NCBI RefSeq assembly: GCF_006345805.1
Contig: NC_043010.1
Span: 1,240,001-1,304,000, forward strand
DNA: 64,000 bases
Reading direction: 5' to 3'
From: Octopus sinensis
Lineage: Eukaryota
Shown: piece after piece, positions 27,214 through 40,092 of the stretch
Layout: each line of letters starts with the position of its first letter
Position numbering within the stretch: position 1 is the stretch's first letter
Program-made: the position numbers and the translations under genes
Notes under the pieces: generated by a model
Told to the model about the DNA's origin: nothing
Seen by the model: the letters and a program-made list of their open reading frames with translations, nothing else
The model's database searches: none

Positions 27214-28387
27214 GATGCATAAGGTATTTGAGGACATACATTTTTGGGGTCATTGCTGCATGTTTTGCTAACTCTTTATAATCTTAGTTTCAGAAAATAA
27301 TAATGGCAGACCCTCAGCTTACTCAAGAGATGAAGAAGCATGCTGCTATTGTGGTTATAAAGGTTGCGTATAGCGATTTAGAAATATCTCGATTTTTAAA
27401 AGTTGTCAGATTTTACATCTACAGAGATTGTAAGGAGTTAGAGACTGAAGATGGAAATGTATCACCAGCATCAAAGCATAAAAAGCATCCTAAATGCTCT
27501 GAAATCATCAGAACACCTGAATTTATCCAGCAAGTTCAACAGACTATTGATTACAATCCCAGAAAATCCGTGAGGTCAATTGCAAAAGATCTCCATGTAT
27601 CAGAAGGAACAGTCAGAAATGTTGTCCATGAAGACATTAGATATAAATGATGAGGAAAGGTCAATTTGTCGGAAAGAGCAAAAGAAAATCATTACATCAG
27701 ATCTAGAAGCTCTTAAACAAACTGAAAAATACAGCAGAAGAAGATTTGATTTGGTTTTTCTCAAACAAGAAAAACTTTGACCAAGATCGAAAAGTTAACA
27801 GCATTGATAGATGGTTATGTGCAGACCCTTCTGAAGTTCCAAGTGTTATGCATTCAAAATTTCCTGCAACTGTCATGGTTTTAGGGATTGTCAGCGATGA
27901 AGAACATATGATACTTCCTTACTTCTTTCCAGATGGCCTTAGAGTTAACTCTGCTGCCTATATTAAGATCCTGGAAATACTTAAGCCCTGGATAAACAGT
28001 GTATGTAATGGAAGACCATATGTGTTTTAGTAAGACTCTGCACTATCACATATGGTTCTAGTAACACAGGGATATTTGGCAGAAAATTTTCATGATCTCA
28101 TAATTCCAAACATTTGACTTTCTAATTCCCCAGATCTCCATCCATTGGACTATTACATGTGGAGTGTTGTTGAGATAGAGGTCAATGAACATGCCCATAA
28201 CACCAAAGATTCTTTGAAAGCTGCCACAGTCAGTAAAGTCCAAAATGAACCCAGACCATGTAGATGATTTAGATTTCATATAGAAGCAGTTGTTGAAGCT
28301 GAAGGTGGCTTTATTGAATAACATTTATTATATATCTGTTTCTTTTTTATTAACACAAATCTGTCCTCAAATATTTTACGCACCCTT
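27211..28387 (+). mobile_element. Tc1/mariner DNA transposon, DD37D (maT) type, with decayed transposase (~27303-28320)
   Basis: ~26-bp TIRs (caggatgcataaggtatttgaggaca / tgtcctcaaatattttacgcaccctt) inside (TA)n. HTH region ...SVRSIAKDLHVSEGTVRNVVHED, then WFFSN, VF**DSA and SPDLHPLDYYMW, with 37 residues between the second and third catalytic D. Several stops. Confidence 0.9.
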
Positions 28388-28440
28388 TATATATATATAT
28401 ATATATATATATTAAATCAAAATATTAAATTCTAGTCGTA

Positions 28441-28500
28441 GACTTACCAAAGGTTTCAAATCCATGAAAGCCACAGCCTCGTGGACACCTCATCAGACTC
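28441..28500 (-). ncRNA. type I hammerhead ribozyme motif (slightly decayed)
   Basis: GAGU-CUGAUGA-[GGUGUCCACGAGGCUGUGGCUUUCAUGGAUUU, long stem II]-GAA-ACC(uuu)GGU-A-AGUC; stem I has one mismatch. Confidence 0.55.
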
Positions 28501-28631
28501 ATTACTAAAACAGAAAAATTAAACTTTTTCTTTCAATAATTACTGCTCTATTCTTTACAGTGTGTTTCTTTTCTCATCTAGGTTTTATCAACTATGTATA
28601 TATATATATATTATATATATATATATATATA

Positions 28632-29387
28632 TTTTCTTTTATTCTTTTACTTGTTTCAGTCATTTGACTGCAGCCATGCTGGAGCACCGCTTTTAGTGAG
28701 CAAATCGACCCCAGGACTCTATTCTTGAGATAATGACCTACTTAAGTATGCCTATACTTATTCTATGTCTCTTTTTACAGGGATGTAAACACACAATTGT
28801 CAAGCATTGTTGGGCACACAAACACACATATATATATATATATATATATAACGGGAAGCTTTATGAATATAAACAAAAGACGAAGGCAGGTGGAGTACAA
28901 ACAAACAATTGTATTAGTATGGTGCTCAGGAAGAGAAATAAAACAAGTCTTTTACGTTTCGAGATATATACGACAGGCTCCTTTCAGCTTCTTTTTTCTT
29001 TATTGCCCACAAGGGGCTAAACATACAGGAGACAAACAAGGACAGATAAATGGATTAAGTCGATTATTTCGACCCCAGTGCGTAACTGGTACTTATTTAA
29101 TTGACCCTGAGAGGATGAAAGGCAAAGTCGACCTCGGCGGAATTTGAACTCAGAACATAAAGACAGATGAAATACCGCTAAGCATTTCACCCGGCATGCT
29201 AATATTTCTGCCAGCTCGCCACCTTAGGGGTTTATTTCGGTTTCTATCAATCAAATCCACTCACAAGGCTTTGGTCAGCCTGACGCTATAGTAGAAGACA
29301 CTTGCCAAAAGTGCCACAAAGTAGGACTGAACCTGGAACCATGTGGTTGGTTAGCAAGCTACTTACCACACATCCACTCCTGCGCCT
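28632..29387 (-). mobile_element. SINE family A with nested insertions (PLE pLTR fragment 28847-28962; SINE family B 28997-29224)
   Basis: The family A 3' half is at 28632-28830 and the 5' half at 29230-29387. The segment 28847-28962 is a close copy of 20628-20740, ending inside the HHR at tacgtttcgag. Confidence 0.8.
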
Positions 29388-29519
29388 ATATATATATATA
29401 TATTTACAGAGAGAGAGAGCAAGAGAGAGAGAAGGAGAGAGAGGGAGAGGTGAGGGAAAGTAGATAGATAAATACATAGACAAATACATACTGCAGTTTA
29501 CACACACACACACACACAC

Positions 29520-30365
29520 ACATACCAGACACACACGCATACATATATGTATAGACTGATAGATTGATAGATAGATTCTATGAGATATATATGCATATGA
29601 GGCTGTGTAGGTGTGTGCAGGTGCCATGTCATGCCTTTGCATTTATGGTCTGCAATATGTGTTAGAGTGTGGGTGAGTGCATGTGTGTGACTGCACACAC
29701 GCGCATGTGTGTGTGTATGTACACATTATACATATGACAGAAGCAAGTAAAAGATAAGATATAGAATAATACATATACACATAGATATATATACATATCA
29801 TTATGGTTATGTCTGCGTGAGCTTCTGTGTATATGTATATGTATATATGTGTGCGTGTGTGTGTGTGTGTCTGTGGGTGTGAGAAGCACTATGAAAGAGC
29901 TCACATATGTCTTATATGCCATGAAGAATCCAAGAATCTGTTGTGTAAGGAGAGAAGGCGAGCATGTTTACCTTCATCTCAAATCAATGGAAGCAGATGT
30001 TCCGTGGATAAGAAATTTGGAAAAGCAAAATGAGAAAATGTTAAATCTTTCTGTTGTTGTTGCTGTTGTTGTTGCTGCTTTATTTATTTGCTGTCAGTTA
30101 TAAGATGACATTCTCAAGCCTTCCAGGAACACCTCGGAGTCGCGATCATTCCTTGTATGCGCTTGTGTGCACATGTGCCTGTGAGTGTGTGTATTGCGTT
30201 TGCATACGTACACATGCATAGACATATATATACATATGTGTGTGCGTTTATGTATGTGTGTATATATATATATATTATAATATAATAATATATATATATA
30301 ATATATATATTGATATATAATATATATATATATATATATATAAATATATATAAATATATATATAA

Positions 30366-30398
<33 letters not shown>

Positions 30399-30421
30399 AA
30401 TATATATAAATATATATATAA

Positions 30422-30463
<42 letters not shown>

Positions 30464-31200
30464 TATATAATACATACACTCACACACACACATATATGTA
30501 TAGACTGATAGATTGATAGATAGATTCTATGAGATATATATGATATAGGCTGGTAGGTGTGTGCAGGTGCCATGTCATGCCTTTGCATTTAGGTCTGCAA
30601 TATGTGTTAGAGTGGGGTGAGTGCATGTGTGTGAGTGCACACGCGCGCACGTTTGTGTGTGTGTGTGTATGTTCTCATTATACATATGACAGAAGCAAGT
30701 AAAAGATAAGATATAGAATACACATACACATAGATATATATACAGTATCATTATGGTTTGTCTGCGTGAGCTCTGTGTATATGTATATGTATATATGTGT
30801 GTGTGTGTGTGTGTGTGTCTGTGGGTGTGAGAAGCACTATGAAAGAGCTCACATATGTCTTAGTATGCCATGAGAATCCAAGAATCTGTTGTGTGTAAGG
30901 AGAGAAGGCGAGCATGTTACCTTCATCTCAAATCAATGGAGCAGATGTTCGTGGATAAGAAATTTGGAAAAGCAAAATGAGAAAATGTTAAATCTTTCTG
31001 TGTTGTTGCTGTGTTGTTGCTGCTTTATTTATTTGCTGTCAGTTATAAGATGACATTTTCAAGCCTTCCAGGAACACCTCGGAGTCGCGATCATTCCTTG
31101 TGTGCGCTTGTGTGCACATGTGCCTGTGAGTGTATGTATTGAGTTTGCATACGTACACATGCATAGACATATATATACATATGGTGTGTGCGATGTATGT
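29520..31200. repeat. ~750-bp direct duplication (period ~960 bp) separated by (TA)n
   Basis: gagaagcactatgaaagagctcacatatgtc at ~29881 and ~30829; ccttccaggaacacctcggagtcgcgatc at ~30119 and ~31064. The second copy has many 1-bp indels. Confidence 0.9.
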
Positions 31201-31266
31201 TATATATATATATATATATTATATATATATATTATATATATATATATATTTTGTATATATATATAA

Positions 31267-31315
<49 letters not shown>

Positions 31316-31353
31316 TATATATAAATATAATAATAATATATATATATATATAA

Positions 31354-31410
<57 letters not shown>

Positions 31411-31601
31411 AATATTATATATATAATACATACACTCACACACACCACATATATATATACACACACAAACACATTTACATATATATGTAAATATATACGT
31501 ACACGTATATGTATGCATGGATGGATCCCTCGTTATTGCAGTTTAACTGTCACAAACCCTTTCTCTGGTGTTTGGTTCTCACATTTTTCTGTATCTTTCA
31601 A

Positions 31602-31638
<37 letters not shown>

Positions 31639-31809
31639 ATATATATATATATAATATATTATATCTCTTCTATCTCTACTATCTTTCTATCTACTCTTCC
31701 ATCTATCATTCTTATGTGACATTTAGTCTTACCACCTTTGCCTATCTCTCTGTCTATCTCGCTTTCTGTATCCATCTGTAATTAGATTCTACCTTCCACA
31801 ATAGCTTTT

Positions 31810-32554
31810 ACTCTTTCCTCTCTCTTTCTCTTTCTCTCTCTTTCTCTTTTGACTCCTACTATCACCCTCATTCTTCTTTACTCCTTCTTTCTCTTTATCT
31901 TTCCCCGCCATCGCTTTCTTTGTCTATAACACTATAAAAATACCTTGTCTTCTCATTCAGTTTATTTCTCCAAACACTCTCTCTCTCTCTCTCATTCTCA
32001 CTCTCTCTCTCATTCTCACTCTCTCTCTCTCTCCCTCCCTCTTCTTCAAAGTATCTCTCTTCTGCTCTTCAAATTTCTTTCTCTCTCTTCCATAGTCTGA
32101 GTCTCTCTTTTTCTCTCACCTAATCTTTTTCTTTCTCTCTCATAATATATATTTATTTCTTTACTACCCACAAGGGGCTAAACACAGAGGGGACAAACAA
32201 GGACAGACAAACGGTTTAAGTCGATTACATCGACCCCAGGGCGTAACTGGTACTTAATTTATCAACCCCGAAAGGATGAAAAGCAAAGTCGACCTCGGCA
32301 AAATTTGAACCCAGAACGATTACGCTCATAATATAAGTCTTTCTAGCTTACTTTCCTTTCCTCACTCTAGCCCTGGTGTCGCCCCCTCTCTCTCACTCTC
32401 TCTTTCTCTATTTCTCCCTCTCTCTTTCTCTCTCTCTTTTCCTTCTTTCTATCTAATTCATTGTCACAATTTTCTTCTCACTAAATCTCCTAAATCCCTC
32501 TCTGCTTACACTTTACACTTTCTTTTACTTCATGCACCTCTCCTTTTAAACTTC

Positions 32555-32605
<51 letters not shown>

Positions 32606-34160
32606 TATCTATCTCTCTCTCTCCCTACCCAAGTTTTTCACTCCTTTTTCGGTCTCTCTTCTCCAAAGTCTCTTTTCCTCTCTCCAAGTATCCCTCCTTC
32701 TCTCCCGCTCCCTTTCCCCAAATTTATCCCCTCCTCTCCTTCTCACTCATTCTCACCATTTTCTTTCCTTCTCTCAAAGTTTCTCTTTTCTCCCCCAGAG
32801 TTTTTCTCCCCTTCTATCCATTTCTCCTCTCCTTCTCTTTGAATCTCTCTTCCTCAAAGTCTTTCTCCTTTTCTCCAACTCTCTCTCTCCTTTTCTCCAA
32901 GTTCTGTTCCTCATTCAGTAGCTCTCTCTCAATTTCCTTCCTCTTTTCACTACTCACTCTCTCTCTCTCTCTTGCTCCCTTTCATTCTCTCTCTTTCTTT
33001 CTCTCTCTTTCTCTTTTGACTCCTACTATCACACCTCATTCTTCTTTACTCCTTCTTTCCTCTTTATCTTTCCCCGCCATCGCTTTCTTTGTCTATAACA
33101 CTATAAAAATACCTTGTCTTCTCATTCAGTTTTATTTTTTTCTCTCCAAACACTCTCTCTCTCTCTCTCATTCTCACTCTCTCTCTCATTCTCATTCTCT
33201 CTCTCTCTCTCCTCCCTCTTCTTCAAAGTATCTCTCTTCTGCGTCTCTCAAAATTTCTTTCTTCTCTCTTCCTTCCATAGTCTGAGTCTCTCTTTTTCTT
33301 CACCTAATCTTTTTCTTTCTCTCTCATAATATATATTTATTTCTTTACTACCCACAAGGGGCTAAACACAGAGGGGACAAACAAGGACAGACAAACGGTT
33401 TAAAGTCGATTACATCGACCCCAGGGCGTAACTGGTACTTAATTTTATCAACCCGAAAGGATGAAAAGCAAGTCGACCTCGGCAAAAATTTGAACCCAGA
33501 ACGATTACGCTCATAATATAATCTTTCTAGCTTACTTTCCTTTCCTCACTCTATAGCCCTGGTATCGCCCCCTCTCTCTCACTCCCTCTTTCTCCCTCTC
33601 TCTTCTCTCTCTCTCTCTTTTCCTTTTTTCTATCTAATTCATTGTCACAATTTTCTCACTAAATCTCCTAAATCCCTCTCTGCTTACACTTTACACTTTC
33701 CTTTACTCCATGCACCTCTCCTTCTTTTAAACTTCTTCTCTCTCTCTCTCCCTACCCAAGTTTTCCACTCCTCTTTCGGTCTCTCTTCCTCAAAGTCTCT
33801 CTTCCTCTCTCTAAGTATCCCTCCTTCTCTCCCGCTCCCTTTCCCCAAATTTATCCCCTCCTCTCCTTCTCACTCATTCTCACCATTTTCTTTCCTTCTC
33901 TCAAAGTTTCTCTTTTCTCCCTCAAAGTTTTTCTCTCCTTCTATCCATGTCTTCTCTCCTTCTCTTTGAATCTCTCTTCCTCAAAGTCTTTCCTCTTCCC
34001 TTTCTCCACTCTCTCTCTCTTTTTCTCCAAGTTCTGTTATCTCATTCAGTAGCTCTGTCTCAATTTCCTTCTCTCTTTTTAACACTCCTCACTCTCTCTC
34101 TCTTGCTCTCTCTCACTCTCTCTCTCTCTCTTGCTCCCTTTCATTCTCTCTCTTTCTTTC
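31810..34160. repeat. ~1.17-kb direct tandem duplication of a CT-rich tract, each copy with a SINE B fragment
   Basis: ttttgactcctactatcac at ~31847 and ~33014; SINE B pieces at ~32150-32318 and ~33336-33502. Confidence 0.9.
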
Positions 34161-34737
34161 TCTCTGTGACTCTCTCATTCGCTCACCTGTAGCAAACATC
34201 CCTGACAGACATGTAAAGACAGGTAGAAAAAGTCAAGTTGTTCTTCAATCCCTCAGGTGACAATAGAGAGCCTTATTGTATAACCAGAAGCTTAGTTTGT
34301 ACAGAGATGTGGAATGTAGGTTTATAAAATGTGAGCACCTGAATATATTTGCAAACGTGTATGTCTACCTGTCCTTCAGTTCATCTGTTTGTTACACACA
34401 TACACACACACATGCATATATATATACACATATACACACACATATATGTATATACATATATATACACATATACACACACATATAAGTATATACGTATATA
34501 TACACATACACACATACTTATATGTATATACATGTATAAATTAAATTAATCTATAGCTATCTATCTATCTAACTATCTATCTATCAATCAATATATATAT
34601 CTGTGTTTGTGTATGTGTGTGTTTGTGAACGTATGTGTGTGTATAAAATATAAATGCATATGTATATAGATAGACAAACAGATCGATAGATAGATTGACA
34701 TACAGATATATATATATATATAGATAGATAGATAGAT

Positions 34738-34778
<41 letters not shown>

Positions 34779-35166
34779 AATAGATAGGTAGATAGATAAA
34801 TAGATAGATAGATCGGTAGGTAGATAGATAAATAAATAGATAGATAGATAGATAGATAGATATATAGAGAGACATATTTTGTTAATATTTGGTCATAAAG
34901 CTAAAAGTTTGATTCTTAAACAAGGAGTCCATTGAGTCTTTGTACATGGTGCATCCTTTTACTTAGTTCTAGTTTACTCTGATGGAAAGGAGTTCCAGCC
35001 GACGGTCGGTGCTCTTTCTTCCTCCCTCCAGCACTCATGTCGGGTGAGTCGGCTGAGAGAGGGTCTGTATCTTACTCACAACTGCAAAGGCTCCGAAACA
35101 ATTACTGAAAGCATGGGACAAGCTGACAAATCATACTCACTTGCAAGTAACATCTATGATGCAAAC

Positions 35167-35209
<43 letters not shown>

Positions 35210-35224
35210 CACACACATACACAC

Positions 35225-35454
35225 TATTGTTTGACAACTAGTGTTGGTGTGTTTACGTCTTCATAACTTAGTGATTTGGCAAAAGAGATTGATGGAATAA
35301 GAGCCAGGTTTAACCAAATATAAGTCCTGGTGTTGGTGATTTTGACTCAAAATTCTTTGAGGCTCTAGCATGGCCGTGGTCTAATGACTGAAACCAGTAA
35401 AAGATAAAAGATAAATGTCCAACATTCAAAGATATATACATATATATATATATT

Positions 35455-35485
<31 letters not shown>

Positions 35486-35930
35486 TTATTTATATATATA
35501 TATACATGTACATACGTATGTATGTATGTATATATCTGTGTTTGTATGTGTGTGTGTGTGTGCACATATATGTGTGCCTTATCTTGCCCCACCACCATCA
35601 CTTGACAACCGATGTTGGTGTGTTTACATCCCTGTAGCTTAGCGGTTCAGCAAAAAGAGACCGATAGAATAAGTACTAGGCTTACAAAGAATAAGTCCTG
35701 TGGTCGATTTCATTGACTGCCAGCAGTGCTCCAGCATGGCCACAGTCAAATAACTGAAACAAATACGATGAGCTTCTTTCAGTTTCCGTCTACCAAATCC
35801 ACTCAAAAGGCTTTGGTCAGCCTGAGGCTATAGTAAAAGATACTGGCCCAAGGTGCCATGCAGTGGGACTGAACCCAGAACCATGTGGTTGGGAAGCAAA
35901 ACTTCTTACCACATATCCACGCCTGTGCCT
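35225..35930. mobile_element. cluster of SINE family A halves (3' halves on + at ~35225-35410 and ~35570-35762; 5' half on - at ~35765-35930)
   Basis: Contains the family A motifs cttgacaaccgatgttggtgtgtttac...gctccagcatggcc and ttctttcagtttccgtctaccaaatccactc. Confidence 0.8.
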
Positions 35931-36223
35931 ACTTGACCAAGATGGGCATCAAAACTGTCCCTCACTCTCCCTACAGTCTAGACCTCGCTCCCTATAGCAT
36001 ACGGCTGTTCCCCAAGCTGAAAGAGAAAATGAAGGAGGCTCTAACAAGGATCCTGGACACCTTCACATTGGGAGATTTCCACAGGGTCTTCATGAAGTAG
36101 ATGGAGTGCTTGTGCATTGGGGTCAGCTGATTCTACGTTGAAAGTAATTTGAATTTTCAACATCTTCGAAATTAATAAATATGTCTCTCCTAAAAGTCTC
36201 AAAACTTCTGGAATGCACCTTGT
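35928..36223 (+). mobile_element. mariner-type transposon 3' fragment
   Basis: YLTKMGIKTVPHSPYSLDLAPYSIRLFPKLKE (a decayed HPPYSPDLAP.D..LF motif) and a TIR-like end ...aacttctggaatgcaccttgt. Confidence 0.7.
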
Positions 36224-36899
36224 GGCTTTCCTGAATACCTAGATATTTTTAGCACCGATCGAGTGGGAAAGGGAACCTGAGTGGTCAATGATGTGGATAT
36301 TTTGAAAAGGAGTTTTTCTATATTTGATTCTGTAAATAAGAACATTTCTTTTGGCCAAACTCCATGCCTGAATCAAATGCAGACATTTTTATTAAATCAA
36401 GGTGTTTTTGCAGAATTATAGATATTTATAATTTTGATCCTAACAAATACATATGCATGCACACACACACACACACACACAGACACACACACAGACACAC
36501 ACACAGACACACACACAGACACACACACAGACACATGTGCATGCAGGCAAAAACACAGACACATGCATCTCTTTTGCTTTCTATCTTTTACTTTCTATCC
36601 TCTCTATTTACATTCCATGTATACATACATATATGCATGTACTTATGTGTATATATATATATATATATGTATAAATATATATATATATACATACATATAT
36701 CTCCACTTATTATTATTATTATTATTTATTTTTATTGTATTTTTATATTTATATTCATGTAACATCGTCCGTTTTTCCGTCCTTGTTTTTGTATACATTT
36801 GAAGCTTTTTTCCAAGGAATCTAATGCTCTTAGCTTAGTTTTTTCCTTGGGGCTGGCCAGGCTGGAGCAATCTCAAGATTAATCAGCCAAAATTGCGAG

Positions 36900-37320
36900 C
36901 TTGAAGCAGTCCAACGACATTACACAAAGAAAGTTGCATCAATGGAACGAGTGAGTTACTGGGACAGGTTGAAAGAGCTACAACTCTATTCCCTGGAACA
37001 AAGAGGGGAGAGGTATGCAGTGATATATATATATGGAAGATACTGGAAGGACTGGAACCAAACTTTGGAATAAAGAGCTATATCAGACCATGAACAGGAC
37101 GTCACTGTGCTGTCCCATTGTGCCAACTGCTTCATCTCGGGCAAGAACAATGTACTGCAATAGCTTGGGTTTCAAGGGCCCACAGCTGCTTAACATGACC
37201 TCTGGCTCATCAAGATCCCGGATCAGCCAATATCTAAGCAAGAAACTCAAAAGAGGGCAGTAGCATCGAACTCCATCCTTCACCAGAAGCCGCACCGACA
37301 AAGGTAGAAAGTGGAAAGAT
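36900..37320 (+). pseudogene. CR1-like LINE RT C-terminal fragment
   Basis: LEAVQRHYTKKVASMERVSYWDRLKELQLYSLEQRGERYAVIYI.WKILEGL, a typical post-RT region of CR1-group LINEs. Confidence 0.75.
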
Positions 37321-37435
37321 GATTACCATGGCAGTGCTCCAGCATGGCCACAGTCATTGGACTGAAACATATAAAAGAATAAAAGAATAAGGAATAAAAG
37401 AATATATCTATATCTATATCTATCTATCTATCTAC

Positions 37436-37596
37436 ATCACTCTTTCACTACTCTTTCTCCCACTCTTTCTTCTGTTGGCCTGCTCGCTTAGCCAGCGGAG
37501 TGGCGTCATTCGAAGGCTAAAACAATGCAAACGCATTGTGACCAACGATGTGTAACAACATCTGATGGTCTGGTCGGTCACGTGATCACGTGATAT
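37436..37596 (+). mobile_element. SINE 3' fragment ending ggtcacgtgatcacgtga
   Basis: A diverged reverse-complement copy lies at ~42610-42710. Confidence 0.55.
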
Positions 37597-37670
37597 ATAT
37601 GCAATAAGGTCTATATATGCAATGACGTCCATACTTTATGTCCATGCATACATACTCACATACATATGTA

Positions 37671-38102
37671 TGAGGAGATGCTGTAAACTTCCTGGTTTTG
37701 GATACAGGTGAAAATACAGGTGAATCAGTGAATTATGATTTTATTCAACATATTACCCTCACAGATTCACATATTTATTGCAGAAGTCCTTCAGTTTTTC
37801 CAAGTCCTGTAAAAGAACTTTCACTATATCCTTAACCCTTCAGTGTTCAGATTATTCTGTCGAATGCTAATGCTTATTTATTCACATTGTTTTGAATTAA
37901 TCAAGTATTGTTTTGTAGCTTCAAAATGTTGATGATGTTTAGTTTTTTGATAATTGGTTAGTTTTAGAATGTCGCAGTACTGTGCATGAGGGAGGACACA
38001 GATCTAGCCAGTTTGGATGAAAATCTGGTAGAATATTTGGACTGGATTTGGCCAGTTTAAATGCTAAAGGGTTAAAGCCAGGAAATTCTCAGCGCCTCCT
38101 TG
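37671..38102. mobile_element. mariner-like MITE with a nested TTAA MITE
   Basis: TIRs TA-tgaggagatgctgtaaacttcctggttt / aagccaggaaattctcagcgcctccttg-TA. Confidence 0.7.
37832..38075. mobile_element. piggyBac-like MITE (TTAA-CCCTT...AAGGG-TTAA)
   Basis: TTAA on both sides and CCC/GGG termini. Related copies at ~45379-45606 and 51983-52193 share ttttgaattaatca. Confidence 0.75.
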
Positions 38103-38228
38103 TATATGCATAGATGTATTCTTAAATTCTTGTGTGCTTTTATACATGTGCAGAATCTAGTGCTTTCACCATTGATAAGAAATTGGATAAAAAAAAAGAA
38201 TAAAACCAAGAATGAACCATCCTAAATG

Positions 38229-38755
38229 TAGGCATGGCTGTGTGGTTAAAATGCTTGCTTTGCATCCCCATGGTTTCAGGTTCAGTTCCACTGTGTGGTA
38301 CCTTGGGAAATGCCTTCAACTACAGTACTGGACATAGCAATGCCTTGTGAGTTAACTTAATAGATGGAAACTGGGAATATGGTGGATGGAAAACCCATTA
38401 TATAAATATAAATGGTTATAATGTGGTGGTGAAAGTGCATGGATCAGTGGTTAGAGTGTCGAGCTCACAATCATGGGGTAGTGAGTTCGAATCCTGGACC
38501 AGGCTGCGTGTTGTGTTCTTGAGCAAGACACTTTATTTCACATTGCTCCAGTTCCCTCAGCTGTAGAAATGATTGGTGGTGGCAGTGGTGCCAAGCTGTA
38601 TTGGCCCCTTTGCCCTTGACTTGAATGACATCGGTAGTGCTGGGAGGGGAGGCTGACATGCATGGGTGGCTGCTGGTCCTCTATAAACAACCTTGCCTGG
38701 GGTTGTGCCTCAGAGGGTGACTTTCTAGGTCATTCATGACTGAAAGGGGTCTTTA
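38229..38755 (+). mobile_element. SINE family A 5' half (38229-38400) followed by SINE family E (38430-38755)
   Basis: Two tRNA-like heads with A and B boxes (ggttcagttcc; gagttcgaatcc). The family E body matches 59485-59818. Confidence 0.8.
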
Positions 38756-39908
38756 ATGTGGTAGTGTTGTAGTTAGTGGAAGCAATGATAGCCTTGTTAG
38801 TGACAATAGTGGTGGTGGCAATAGTAATGATGGTGGAGGGGATGGCTGTATTGTTGTTGTTGTGGTGGTGGTGGTGATGGCGGTAGTAGAGTTAGTTGTA
38901 ATGGTGGTGTTAGCAGTGGAGATGATTATAATGGTGGAGGTAATAGTGGTGGTGGTGGTAGTGTCAGTGGTACAGATGGTTTCAACAGTGGTGGTGGTGG
39001 TGTCAGTGGCAAAGGTGGTGACGGTGGTGGTGACGGTGATAGTGGTGGTTACAGTAGTAGTAGCAGTAGTGGCAGTAGATGATGCTAGGGATGTTGGTGC
39101 TAGTGTTGGTGGCAGTGGTTAGCAGAAACTACACCCACCCCCACTCTACACCTCAAGCCCCCTAGTCCCCTCACCCTCACCCTCACCCCCACCCCCACAC
39201 TTCCACCACCCCGTCGTCACCATCCTTCACCTCGACATGTCACTCTGATTCAAAAGATACAGATTTACGTCTGGGGATAAAAAGATCAATATGCTGATAA
39301 GGTGGGATAGTATTGATCTTAGGATGGTTTTTGTTGTTTATGCCCCACACAAGCTTCTTCCCCACCTTTTTACCTGTTAACGATCTTATTCACCTGATCT
39401 TTCTGGGGTCTTTTCTTTGCCATTGTAATCTACGTGCCCCCTCCTCCTCCTCGATTTTGCCCCCTCCCCTTCTTCTTCTTCTTTTTCAATTTCTTTCTTT
39501 GCCTTATTGTTCTTGTTCATCTCTTTCTTTCCATCATTCTTTCTTGTTATTTTTCTTTGCCCGCAACAATCTTCTTTTCTTTGTCTACCTCTTTCTCTAC
39601 CTATTCTTTTTTTCCCGTTTTTGTTTTTTGTCCCGATCCTCCCTCCCCTCCTCACCCCACCCCCACCACCACCACCATCACCACTGCCATGTCATACTAC
39701 CCTGCCACCACAACCCCACCACCACTGTCATAAATACTGTTGCTGCTGCTGCTGCTGTCACTGCTACCACTGCCACCATCACCACGACCATCACCACTAA
39801 CCACAACAATCACAAACCCACCAATACATTTTCTCTTGCAATTGGTCAACAACAGCATCATTGATCACAGTTTAACAACCGACTAATCACCATTTTACTG
39901 TATTTCAG

Positions 39909-39942
39909 ATGAGAAAAATGACACGGTGACAAGGGAGTACCT
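39909..39942 (+). CDS. candidate 34-nt internal microexon, (x)EKNDTVTREYL
   Basis: Branch-point-like GACTAAT (39881-39887), acceptor ttttactgtatttcAG and donor CCT|GTAAGT. Only one frame is open and no partner exons were identified. Confidence 0.35.
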
Positions 39943-40092
39943 GTAAGTTGGTACAGAACAAATATGACAAAGAACATTACTTCAAGAGCCTGTAGAAACT
40001 CTGTATACTGTTTTCTTGCCAATGTTTTTATATTCTATAGTGATATACATCACTAAAAGGTATACACATATATGCATATATACTCAAACTGT

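Noticed and set aside
34180-34345. Minus-strand donor CAG|GTGAGC in a unique island
   Set aside because: The longer exon options are closed in all frames and a 15-nt microexon cannot be supported without transcripts.
36225-36440. GMEFGQKKC on the minus strand, reminiscent of an R4/RTE-type RT motif
   Set aside because: A single short motif in heavily decayed sequence is not enough for a feature call.
39281-39320. 10-bp inverted repeat aagatcaata/tattgatctt
   Set aside because: Too short for a pre-miRNA and plausible by chance in AT-rich DNA.
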